Shown here: one piece after another, positions 27,574 through 36,151 of the stretch
Numbering within the stretch: position 1 is the first letter of the stretch
How the letters are laid out: each line of letters opens with the position of its first letter
IMG/VR virus record: IMGVR_UViG_3300027833_000054
Span: 1-59,827 of that record
Source of the DNA: a virus
Taxonomy: Duplodnaviria > Caudoviricetes
Reading direction: 5' to 3' (one strand)
DNA: 59,827 bases
Program-made: the position numbers and the translations under genes
The notes under the pieces: generated by a model
What the model was told of the DNA's origin: nothing
Seen by the model: the letters and a program-made list of their open reading frames with translations, nothing else
The model's database searches: none

Positions 27574-29820
27574 TTAACAAAAGAAATAGTCAGAAGATAT
27601 GATCTCAGATATATCTAAGTCACCAAGCTCTGGTTGTTTAAGTTCATAGCCCTCTCGGGTTTCTAGTAGCATCTCTTCTATAGCAGTAAAGAAGTTAGTG
27701 CTGTTGTACATCATAGCAAATTGCCACTTGGTGTGGTCAACAAGTTTATTCACATCACATGAATGGGTCGAAAAAGAATCATGTATAGCTCCAAAGTCTC
27801 CAGAGAAACTCTGAATAACTTTAGCCATGTGCGCTGCGTCCATTGAGTGGACAAAGTTAGGTGAGCATCCAGATGCAAACGATCTCCTACATGGCAACAG
27901 ATCGCCATTGGAAGTGATGTAAGGTATCTTAATGCTGTGACCTATCTGACCAAGACCACGGATGGTACTGCGTACAGTGATGTTCTTCTGCCTCCACACT
28001 TCATACAACACTGGGAATCCTGAGGGAGTTGTCCAACGTGTACATGTCTCACCTGTTGATAAGATATGGTCAGTCATCTTCTGTATAAACTTCATGGTCT
28101 TTAAGGGTCCTACGCATGTGTCATTGATTGCAAGTATTAATTGCTTTGACAGAGGGGTACAGTCATCTTCAGTGATATTGTACATCTTATCATAGCCTTC
28201 AACCTTACAGTCGTAGTACATGTTAGCAGCTATCTTTTTCTGACCAGCTGAGTAAGCCCTTGTCATGGAGCCACGTTTAGCTATCCCTTTCCTGATAGCT
28301 TTCATTGGTATGTTACGTTCAGCAAACCACTCAGGCATCCTGTCGATAAGACGTTTAGCCACTTGAACATAGAAGTCTTTCTGTATTTCGCTTGGTACTA
28401 GGGACACAAGCTCACCAGCTTCTTTGTCTTTAGAGATAGCTGCCAGATGTTGCCAACCATTATTACTCCCGTCAACCGGGATAGGTGTACGACTCATGTG
28501 TACTTTATTATTTAGTACAGCATTGTTATAACCTGCCACATCTAAGCAACATGCAAGAAAGCTAACGGGCTTTTCTGCTTCTGTCCTGAAGCTTTGTCCA
28601 TCCGCTAATTGGTTTATCCAAGTCAGGTTGTTTAGGGTCCACAACTCTCGATCCTTTAGGGTCATCTTGTCTACTGAGATTGTGGATAATCCTTCGTCTT
28701 GAAGATAAGTTTTGTAGTCCGCTGTCGCCCATTCGGGTAGTTCCTCCAGTTCATATGATTGATTATAAGAACAAGCTGTATGTATGCACAACCACCTGTA
28801 TCCCTCAGTGTCCATAGCTTTTGCATAAGCAAACTCAAAGAGTCCTTTAGATACATCAGACCCTTGGAAGTTTAGGAATGGCTCAGTGTAGTACACACGT
28901 CCACGATAGTCACACTCTACCATCTGATAGAAGTCACGTAGTCCTATGGCATGTACCTTAGCCATGACAAACTTCATCTCTATAGCTTTTGATTTAGCTT
29001 TTATAGACTCATCTTCAAGATCTATGAACAATCCTAGGTTAGTCTCTAAGGCTTTGGCAACTGTACTGTTGAGTCTCCAAGGTGTTTGCTGTAGCTTGTT
29101 AAGGGCAGTGATAAAAGGTGCTCCTATAAGCTGCTTAAAGTCTTCCTCTGAACTCATACGCTTTATGTATGGCCTCTTGGTGAACTCATTACGCAATGAC
29201 ATGATGTCTTTTGGGGGTGTGAAAGACGTACCTATAAGCGTACTCTTTATATACTCAGGTGGTAGGTCTCCAAGGGTAGCCCATGTGCTTAGCAACTGTA
29301 TAATGTACGGTGCACGAAACCCTTTGTACTCTCTTTCAATATGGATATAACCCAGTTGAAAGAAAGCTTCTAGGTATAGGTCACCTACTGCCAGAATCTC
29401 TTGATGGTTAGTGTTTAGTACACCTAAAGCAGACAGCACCTGTAAGCCTATCACAGACGATGTGACGGTTAGTTTAAAGGGGCTAGCTGATGACCTTCGG
29501 GACTTCTGATAAGCTGCCACAGCACCTGCTACGGCCCTTACAGATAGCTTCTCGTAGCTACATCCATATGGGATCATTGAAGAGATCAATCTGGCCCCTT
29601 CTGGGGGCCTCCCACGGAACGTATTACCCTCACATCTTTCCTTGATATACTCTGTTATCTTTTCTATACCACCTGAGTTATCCAGTGTACTCGAGGAAGT
29701 CCTCTTGTCCTCTGAGTCGGTTGGTTCTGGTGTCGTAGTATGCTGAACCACAGTCTCCAGTTCGTCCTGTGAATCGTGACTTAAGTACTCGGAGTTTAAT
29801 TGTGTTTCTTTCATCTTCAT
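27574..29820 (-). CDS. T7-like single-subunit DNA-directed RNA polymerase (start uncertain)
   Basis: DYRGRVY, VDGSNNGWQH (A), RKGIAKRGSMTRAY (B), PNFVHSMDA and IHDSF (C), ends YFFC. Confidence 0.95.
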   Translation of the reverse strand: MKMKETQLNSEYLSHDSQDELETVVQHTTTPEPTDSEDKRTSSSTLDNSGGIEKITEYIKERCEGNTFRGRPPEGARLISSMIPYGCSYEKLSVRAVAGAVAAYQKSRRSSASPFKLTVTSSVIGLQVLSALGVLNTNHQEILAVGDLYLEAFFQLGYIHIEREYKGFRAPYIIQLLSTWATLGDLPPEYIKSTLIGTSFTPPKDIMSLRNEFTKRPYIKRMSSEEDFKQLIGAPFITALNKLQQTPWRLNSTVAKALETNLGLFIDLEDESIKAKSKAIEMKFVMAKVHAIGLRDFYQMVECDYRGRVYYTEPFLNFQGSDVSKGLFEFAYAKAMDTEGYRWLCIHTACSYNQSYELEELPEWATADYKTYLQDEGLSTISVDKMTLKDRELWTLNNLTWINQLADGQSFRTEAEKPVSFLACCLDVAGYNNAVLNNKVHMSRTPIPVDGSNNGWQHLAAISKDKEAGELVSLVPSEIQKDFYVQVAKRLIDRMPEWFAERNIPMKAIRKGIAKRGSMTRAYSAGQKKIAANMYYDCKVEGYDKMYNITEDDCTPLSKQLILAINDTCVGPLKTMKFIQKMTDHILSTGETCTRWTTPSGFPVLYEVWRQKNITVRSTIRGLGQIGHSIKIPYITSNGDLLPCRRSFASGCSPNFVHSMDAAHMAKVIQSFSGDFGAIHDSFSTHSCDVNKLVDHTKWQFAMMYNSTNFFTAIEEMLLETREGYELKQPELGDLDISEIISSDYFFC

Positions 29821-31306
29821 CTTCTGCCACTAAGTTACGAGAGAATGTAATTATATCAAAGCTGATCTGTTTAATCGAGCCTGAACCTTTGATGTCATCA
29901 ATAGATGATAGGTGGCCCTCTTCAAAGGACCTACCTTGTGACTTCCTAAGGTGACTGATTAACCCTAGCCATACGTTATGCTTCTTGACTATCTTAAGTA
30001 AGTCAGACATGACTGAATCTATGGCTTCGTTACCTGTCTTTCCATCAGCCCCTTCAGATACAGCGATGGTGATATGATCAAGAATGAGATACTGGCACCC
30101 AAGCAAGCATAGGTTTTCGATTTGGTCAATGAGACTAGAATCTGAAACAGCTCCATTGTGGTCAAGTAATATGAGGCGTTCATTTCCAAATACTCTTTCA
30201 AATGCCCTACGCTCTTGCTCAACAGTCGGGTTTGTAGGAGTAAACATCTTGATAAATTTCTCTGCAGAATCTCCAATGCTTTCTTCAAGAGACACAAGGC
30301 CAATCGATTCATCGGTGTTATCCTCCAATTCTAGTATGATCTCTTTGATCATTGTTGATTTACCTGAACCAGTTCCAGATGTGAATAAGACTATCTCACC
30401 CTTACGCATACCATCTAGCTTATCGTTAAGACCTTCAAGACATTTAGGGTATGGGATAGACTCAACAGATTTACGTTCAACGTATGCCTCCCAGATAGCT
30501 TCACCACGTACAATAGCTGCAGGTGTGTAGCTTCTTGCACTAAACACAGAGCTTATGATCTCAGATGGGTTAGCTATCAGAGCATCACAGGGATCATTGG
30601 AAGACAGGGATGCTACCTTAGTTTTATCCCAACCAATTATCTTAGCTGCTTCTGCTACTGCTTTTTCTCCAGCTTCATCTTGATCAAACATTAAGATGAC
30701 TTCCTTGAACGATCGTAACCAATCTCTGTTAGCTACAAGTATCTTCATGTTAGATGAGGATGGCAGGGATACCACAGGGTACACCTTCTTGTACTTGTTA
30801 AGCATAGCTTGCTGTACTGCAATAGCATCTAGCTCACCCTCAGTTATGATCACCTTGAAACCACCGGGTTGGAACTTAGACTGACCAAACAGTTCAAGCT
30901 TAGCGTTCTTGAGGTCACCTACAACTCGGAACTCTTTAGGCAGTGTACGTTTCTTATACGCAACTATCTTACCCTTGACTGTGTATGGGTAGTAGTGTGC
31001 ATTAACTGTACCATTAGAGTCATAAGATACTTTCATATCGTACTCATCACATGCAGTCTTAGTCAGACCACGTTCACGTACACCTGCACTGTCATAGTTA
31101 CTTATATCTTGAAGTGAATCGCCACTCATATCATACTCTCGTTGGGTATTGGGGTTAAACTTTGACACTACTGTGTCATCATATTGATCTAGGAATGCTG
31201 GCTTGTTACATGCAAAACATTTACCTCTTCCATTAGACCATAGTGCTACTGCATCTGAAGACCCACAATGTATACATGGGTAGTGCTTAGTGAATGTTGC
31301 ACCCAT
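29678..31306 (-). CDS. DNA primase-helicase (T7 gp4-like)
   Basis: Zn finger CIHC...CFAC; TOPRIM ITEGELDA and FDQDEAG; Walker A SGTGSGKST; LDHIT; KGSGSIKQ; KSRFTG. Confidence 0.95.
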   Translation of the reverse strand: MGATFTKHYPCIHCGSSDAVALWSNGRGKCFACNKPAFLDQYDDTVVSKFNPNTQREYDMSGDSLQDISNYDSAGVRERGLTKTACDEYDMKVSYDSNGTVNAHYYPYTVKGKIVAYKKRTLPKEFRVVGDLKNAKLELFGQSKFQPGGFKVIITEGELDAIAVQQAMLNKYKKVYPVVSLPSSSNMKILVANRDWLRSFKEVILMFDQDEAGEKAVAEAAKIIGWDKTKVASLSSNDPCDALIANPSEIISSVFSARSYTPAAIVRGEAIWEAYVERKSVESIPYPKCLEGLNDKLDGMRKGEIVLFTSGTGSGKSTMIKEIILELEDNTDESIGLVSLEESIGDSAEKFIKMFTPTNPTVEQERRAFERVFGNERLILLDHNGAVSDSSLIDQIENLCLLGCQYLILDHITIAVSEGADGKTGNEAIDSVMSDLLKIVKKHNVWLGLISHLRKSQGRSFEEGHLSSIDDIKGSGSIKQISFDIITFSRNLVAEDEDERNTIKLRVLKSRFTGRTGDCGSAYYDTRTNRLRGQEDFLEYTG

Positions 31307-31458
31307 CAGTTCCACCTGCTTTCTTTTAGGGATTTAGTATCAGTACGTCTGGTGCTTGCTTTAGACTTAGCATCAAGTCTCTGTTGTTTCTTCTCCTTTG
31401 GTTTCAATAAGTAATCTTCCGCTTCTGTAGATTTCGTCAAGTCTTGTTTTTGTTTCAT
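31306..31458 (-). CDS. 50-aa basic hypothetical protein
   Basis: MKQKQDLTKS...KSLKESRWN*, with TGATG coupling to the primase start; overlaps the 3' end of the upstream gene. Confidence 0.4.
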   Translation of the reverse strand: MKQKQDLTKSTEAEDYLLKPKEKKQQRLDAKSKASTRRTDTKSLKESRWN

Positions 31459-31864
31459 TTGTTATTGCTTCTTTTGGAATGAACTTAATTGCACCTATCT
31501 GTCTGTTTAAATACAGAGGCACACCTAACAGGCATTTCTCTGTAAGAACATCTAAGTACCATTGAACTTTACACTCTCCTGCTGACAAGCCACCTCTTGT
31601 TTCAAACAATTGAATGATCTCGTAAGACAATTCAGAACCATTAGTTTTTAGTTCATTGATATGTTTGGAGGAGCTTGTGTACGACTTCCAGTTAGACTCC
31701 TTGTCTCTTTTGGTTTTCTTATATGAATGGAACTGCTTCTTACCTATGTACCTTATGGGGTTACCATCGGGTACAGATACAGTTATAAGATATATGAAAC
31801 CAAAGTAATCGTCAACAACAAAGGGATCTCCTTTGTAGTTCCAATGTCCTAGTGGTTTACTCAT
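31373..31864 (-). CDS. GIY-YIG-like nuclease
   Basis: FGFIYLIT...YIGKKQF...W..Y.SSS...E...Q...N motifs. Confidence 0.65.
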   Translation of the reverse strand: MSKPLGHWNYKGDPFVVDDYFGFIYLITVSVPDGNPIRYIGKKQFHSYKKTKRDKESNWKSYTSSSKHINELKTNGSELSYEIIQLFETRGGLSAGECKVQWYLDVLTEKCLLGVPLYLNRQIGAIKFIPKEAITNETKTRLDEIYRSGRLLIETKGEETTET

Positions 31865-32639
31865 TAACAAACACCTCTTCAATAGTTAACCTACGGAAAC
31901 CGTTCCAATCCCTGCGCATGTACAGTAAGTTGAAGCAGGTCTCAAGCTTAGGTTTCCAATCACGTGGATGATGGTCACGCCATGTGTTAGCAACAGTCTC
32001 AATCATATCTTTTGTCGGTACATCTTTTAAAATCTTCTCAGCTTTCTTAGGGCCTATACCTTTTAGTCCATGAATGTTATCTGTACTGTCTCCTGTTAGC
32101 ATTTGAATACACATTTTGTAATGACCTTGGTCACCGTCAATGAAGTATTGTGTCTTCTTGTTGAAGTTGTAATGCCATCCGGGAACCATGTCAATGTCTT
32201 TATCTATGTGAGCTATGATGTAATGTTCACCAGCTTCATAAGCTTCTTGCGCCCATATAGATACAATGTCATCTGCCTCACAGTTGTCAGACTTAAAGCA
32301 ACCTGTTTCCCATGCGTACTCTGTCACTGCCTCTCGTCTTTCCTTGACCTTAGGATCCAGAGGTGTGCTACTCCTATTACCTTTGTAGTCCTCAGAGATA
32401 TCATATCGGAAGTTACCCTTGCCTTTGACAGCTACGTAACCTTTGATACTACCTGTGTCACGCATGATGGCATCAAGTGCTTTATCAAAGTAACTCTTTG
32501 CTTGTGTGACTGAGTCTGTTGTCACTGCTATACGAAAGATGATTGAGTCAGCGTCTATAAAACACTTATCGAACTCCATCTCCTCTGTCATACAGCTCTT
32601 GTTAAACATCTCGTATACTGCATCGTTATTGTTGAACAT
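31857..32639 (-). CDS. 5'-3' exonuclease (T7 gp6-like)
   Basis: IDADS, NFR..I...YKGNR, EADD, IDKD, GDSTDNI.G..GIGPKKA. Confidence 0.9.
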   Translation of the reverse strand: MFNNNDAVYEMFNKSCMTEEMEFDKCFIDADSIIFRIAVTTDSVTQAKSYFDKALDAIMRDTGSIKGYVAVKGKGNFRYDISEDYKGNRSSTPLDPKVKERREAVTEYAWETGCFKSDNCEADDIVSIWAQEAYEAGEHYIIAHIDKDIDMVPGWHYNFNKKTQYFIDGDQGHYKMCIQMLTGDSTDNIHGLKGIGPKKAEKILKDVPTKDMIETVANTWRDHHPRDWKPKLETCFNLLYMRRDWNGFRRLTIEEVFVNE

Positions 32640-32656
32640 ATCTATTACTCTTTTTA

Positions 32657-34510
32657 TCAGTGTATTTCAGCATAATTAATACCTATCTTTCCATCTCCAT
32701 CCATACAAGTTACATCTACAGACTTAGGACCCTCACGGAATCCAGCTACAGATATTTCTAGTACAGTCTTAGCATGTTTAGTTGGGGTAACCCATGCAGT
32801 TTCATCATGATAGAACAAGATAGGGTATGTGTTTTCGATACCTAACTCTTTAATCTTCTTGTACTGATAGACTAACGCAGACTTACACGTTATACCTTCC
32901 AGTGTTTGAAGTAAATAGTTTAGGAGTTGATGTTCTGAACCTACGATTACTCGTCTGCCATCAGCACCTATGATAAAACCTATACCTGTCTTCATTTTGT
33001 TATGGTTGTATTCAGCTGACAAAGAATCCTTGAGTTCCTTAAGCTTAGGGAATGCTGCTTTGAACTTAGCATCTGCTTCCTTACCAGCCTTAGGGGATTT
33101 TAATCCAGTGATAACCTCACCAAGCTTAGACATACCTGCACCAAACAAATATGCATAGATAAAACTTTTAGCTTTTGTTCTTGAGATACCAAGGATAGCA
33201 GCGTTACGAGAGTGAGCATCAGTTCCATCAGATTCTTTACCCACAACAACTGAAGCTGTGAACTCATCATCTCCCATGTAATGTGCAAGACCTCTGAATT
33301 GATTACCAGCAGAGTCAGCTCCAACAAGCCTACGACCACGCTCACAAGTAAGTAAAGCTCTAAGATCCTTACCGTATTGTGCGTGTACTCCGGGAATGTT
33401 TACGATACCTCTGTGTCTGCAACGGAATGATGGTGTACCTATGGTAAACATATCACCATGAAGCCTACCATCACCCCACCTAGCAACCATTTCTATCCAG
33501 CTGTCAACCATAGATAACCTTTGACGTAACATATAGTAGTCACTTATCATTGAACCAACTATACCTAGGGGTTCTAGTGATGAGTCTGTTAGTTTAGGTG
33601 ACATCTTAATCCACTTGCCTCTGACTTTCTTGAACGTCCAATCATCAGGCTTCCAACCAATGTCAGAGAGGTACTTCTTTACCTCTGCTAATTGACCTAG
33701 TCGTACCTCACTGAACTCTATACGAGAGAAAGGTCCTGTGATGAAACTCTCAGAAGCCTTAGTGTCTGCAGCTAAGTCATACCAATCAGTTATTAACTTA
33801 TAGTAGTCACCATTCTTCTTTACAATCTTATCTACTTCTTTACTACCCTTAAGCATACACACACTGCCTAGCTGTGGCTCAAGCTCATCCTCAATGGCAT
33901 GTAGTTTCCATGTAAGATTCTCCTTAAGTTCTTTAGCTTTAGGCATGTTAAACAACCAACCTTTAGCTGTGATCTCAGCATTAACTGTTGCAAAGTCATG
34001 CTCCAGATCTAAAGCTTGTTTGAACTGTGGTCTTGCTTTGATTTGTATTGACGCTTCTCTTGACAGTCTCTCGTATACTTTAGTGTTTAATGTAACGTCT
34101 TGTATACAATAGGTTAACATTTCTTGGTTGTAGTTAGTCCAATCGTTGTAGTCTCCTTTCGGATACTTGAAGAACTCACCCCAACCTGCAAGACCATGTC
34201 TGTGTGTGCGTTGGAACATACATAGCTGTGACATTAGCAGTGTATCCCATACAGTCTGAGAGGGCCTAGGTTCCCATCCTAGAAGTCTTTTAAGAACTGG
34301 TAGGTCATATCCAATTATGTTGTGACCTGCTATTAGATCAGCTTCTAGGAGCTTCTGAAGCCCTTCTTCCAAGGATGGTAGGTTGTCATCATAATCTGAG
34401 TAAGAATATATCTCTTTAGTGGTGATATCTTGCATTACAAGACACCATATTGTGTCTACCTCAGGGATAAGTCCGTTAGTTTCTAGATCCCAAATCAATT
34501 TAGTTGTCAT
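32657..34510 (-). CDS. DNA polymerase family A with 3'-5' exonuclease (T7 gp5-like)
   Basis: WDLETNG, GHNIIGYD, YCIQDV, GADSAG, RTKAKSFIYAYLFG, YHDE. Confidence 0.95.
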   Translation of the reverse strand: MTTKLIWDLETNGLIPEVDTIWCLVMQDITTKEIYSYSDYDDNLPSLEEGLQKLLEADLIAGHNIIGYDLPVLKRLLGWEPRPSQTVWDTLLMSQLCMFQRTHRHGLAGWGEFFKYPKGDYNDWTNYNQEMLTYCIQDVTLNTKVYERLSREASIQIKARPQFKQALDLEHDFATVNAEITAKGWLFNMPKAKELKENLTWKLHAIEDELEPQLGSVCMLKGSKEVDKIVKKNGDYYKLITDWYDLAADTKASESFITGPFSRIEFSEVRLGQLAEVKKYLSDIGWKPDDWTFKKVRGKWIKMSPKLTDSSLEPLGIVGSMISDYYMLRQRLSMVDSWIEMVARWGDGRLHGDMFTIGTPSFRCRHRGIVNIPGVHAQYGKDLRALLTCERGRRLVGADSAGNQFRGLAHYMGDDEFTASVVVGKESDGTDAHSRNAAILGISRTKAKSFIYAYLFGAGMSKLGEVITGLKSPKAGKEADAKFKAAFPKLKELKDSLSAEYNHNKMKTGIGFIIGADGRRVIVGSEHQLLNYLLQTLEGITCKSALVYQYKKIKELGIENTYPILFYHDETAWVTPTKHAKTVLEISVAGFREGPKSVDVTCMDGDGKIGINYAEIH

Positions 34511-34571
34511 AGTCAGTCCTCCCAGACCGTTAAGCAGTTTACAGTGACCTTGCTTAGGTCAATTAGTTATT

Positions 34572-35525
34572 TCACCAGCCCCAAGAAGAGCCAGACATTC
34601 CATCAGCTGAGTAATCAGTGACACGTCCTTCAAAGAAGTTCTTGAAGCTGTCACCATTGAGTACCCAATCCAACCAAGGAAGTGGGTTTTCTTCTATATT
34701 CCAGTTAGGCTTGAGACCTAGGTTAGTCAGTCGTCTGTCCGCGATATATCGAATATAGAGCTTGACTTCTTCTGCTGTGAGACCTTCCATAGGTCCCATT
34801 TCAAACGCAAGATCGATAACTTTGTCTTCAAGATTGACAGCAGTTCGGTACATTTCATAGATAGATAGTTTAAACTCATCATTTACAACCTCCGGGTTTT
34901 CATTTGTGTATGTTCGGAACAATTCGGTCATACCAGCTACGTGCATAGTCTCATCACGGATACTCCACTCAACAATCTCACACATTCCCTTAAGTTTACC
35001 ATACCTTTGGAAGTTTAACAGCATTACAAATGCAGAGAATAGAGACATACCTTCGTTACATACAGTTTGAGCCAATGCTTTTGCTAAGCCTTGCTTAGTA
35101 TCTGGGTCAAATGTTTGCATGAACTCTAGTTTGTCGGACATTTCTTTGTATTCTAGGAATGCAGCGTACTCAGACTCTGAGAAACCAAGTGTATCGTTGA
35201 GTAATGCATAGCTACGCATATGAATTGTCTCTCTTTGAGCAAAAGACAGCATCATCATACGTGCTTCATTGTTTTTAATGCGAGGTAGAAACACATCCAC
35301 GTAACTACCACCTACGATTACATCAGATTGTGTGAATAATCTTAGGATTTGGGTGATAAAGTTCTTCTCTGATGAAGAAATCTTACCAGACTTCCATTGT
35401 ACAACGTCCTCGTTTAGATCACACTCCCACTCACCCCAATGTAATTTGTCATGTTCAATCGCTTGAGTGACAAAACTACTGTAGTTGAAGGGTTTAAAGG
35501 CTGGTGATGCGGTTAGTAAGCTCAT
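34572..35525 (-). CDS. nrdB: ribonucleotide reductase class Ia beta subunit
   Basis: FTQSD, RETIHMRSY, NEGMSLF, SIRDETMH, NFFEGRVTDY. Confidence 0.95.
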   Translation of the reverse strand: MSLLTASPAFKPFNYSSFVTQAIEHDKLHWGEWECDLNEDVVQWKSGKISSSEKNFITQILRLFTQSDVIVGGSYVDVFLPRIKNNEARMMMLSFAQRETIHMRSYALLNDTLGFSESEYAAFLEYKEMSDKLEFMQTFDPDTKQGLAKALAQTVCNEGMSLFSAFVMLLNFQRYGKLKGMCEIVEWSIRDETMHVAGMTELFRTYTNENPEVVNDEFKLSIYEMYRTAVNLEDKVIDLAFEMGPMEGLTAEEVKLYIRYIADRRLTNLGLKPNWNIEENPLPWLDWVLNGDSFKNFFEGRVTDYSADGMSGSSWGW

Positions 35526-35698
35526 TTTCCTTGCTCCTTTATTGATTCTATCTTTAACGCGTTTTCAATTGCTATGCTGATCACCATCCAATCAATCATA
35601 GCCTCGGTCTTAGTCTTAGGTGGGTAACTAAACTCGGGGCATGTAACCAAATTTATATACTCTTTCTTAATTCTATCAAGGTCTTTAGTGTTCATCAT
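35522..35698 (-). CDS. hypothetical protein (58 aa)
   Basis: MMNTKDLDRIKKEY...; GAGG RBS; ATGA overlap with nrdB. Confidence 0.5.
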   Translation of the reverse strand: MMNTKDLDRIKKEYINLVTCPEFSYPPKTKTEAMIDWMVISIAIENALKIESIKEQGK

Positions 35699-35966
35699 TC
35701 ACCTCATCTGGTCTCTGGTATTCTTCTAATTCATCCATTGCTTTAACATAAGCAACCTCAGCATCTACATAAGCAGCATAAGCAGCAGCATAAGCAACCT
35801 CAGCAGCCTCAGCATCAGCAGCTAAAGCAGGAGAAATAACATCATCCCAAGGATCATCCCAAGCATAAGCATAAGCAGCAGTAGCATCAGCAGCAATAGC
35901 ATCAGCAGCATAAGCAGCAGCTTTAGCGTCTACAACCTTTGCCTCTAGTTGCTCTAGTTTAGTCAC
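35685..35966 (-). CDS. Ala/Tyr/Asp low-complexity protein
   Basis: AAAYAADA-type repeats; AAGGAG RBS before GTG. Confidence 0.55.
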   Translation of the reverse strand: MTKLEQLEAKVVDAKAAAYAADAIAADATAAYAYAWDDPWDDVISPALAADAEAAEVAYAAAYAAYVDAEVAYVKAMDELEEYQRPDEVNDEH

Positions 35967-36007
35967 TGGCTTGCTCCTTTATGTATTCTTTTAATTCAGT
36001 CATTTGG

Positions 36008-36037
36008 TTACCCCTGACAACTTAGGCATTCATCATC
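36008..36037 (-). pseudogene. remnant of a second nrdA 3' end
   Basis: Encodes DDECLSCQG*, identical in protein to the nrdA C-terminus but with synonymous codon differences. Confidence 0.75.
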
Positions 36038-36151
36038 TCCTTTAAATATGTTTCTTATTAGTTGCCTGATAGTAAGTTTACAATAGCAGCACCATCAGTA
36101 GCCATAGTTACCTGAGCTTGTACAAAGTAAACTATAAGAAACAATTAGTTG

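Noticed and set aside
35526-36151. Intron or homing endonuclease in the RNR locus
   Set aside because: nrdA and nrdB are both uninterrupted, and the gap holds only small ORFs and a remnant.
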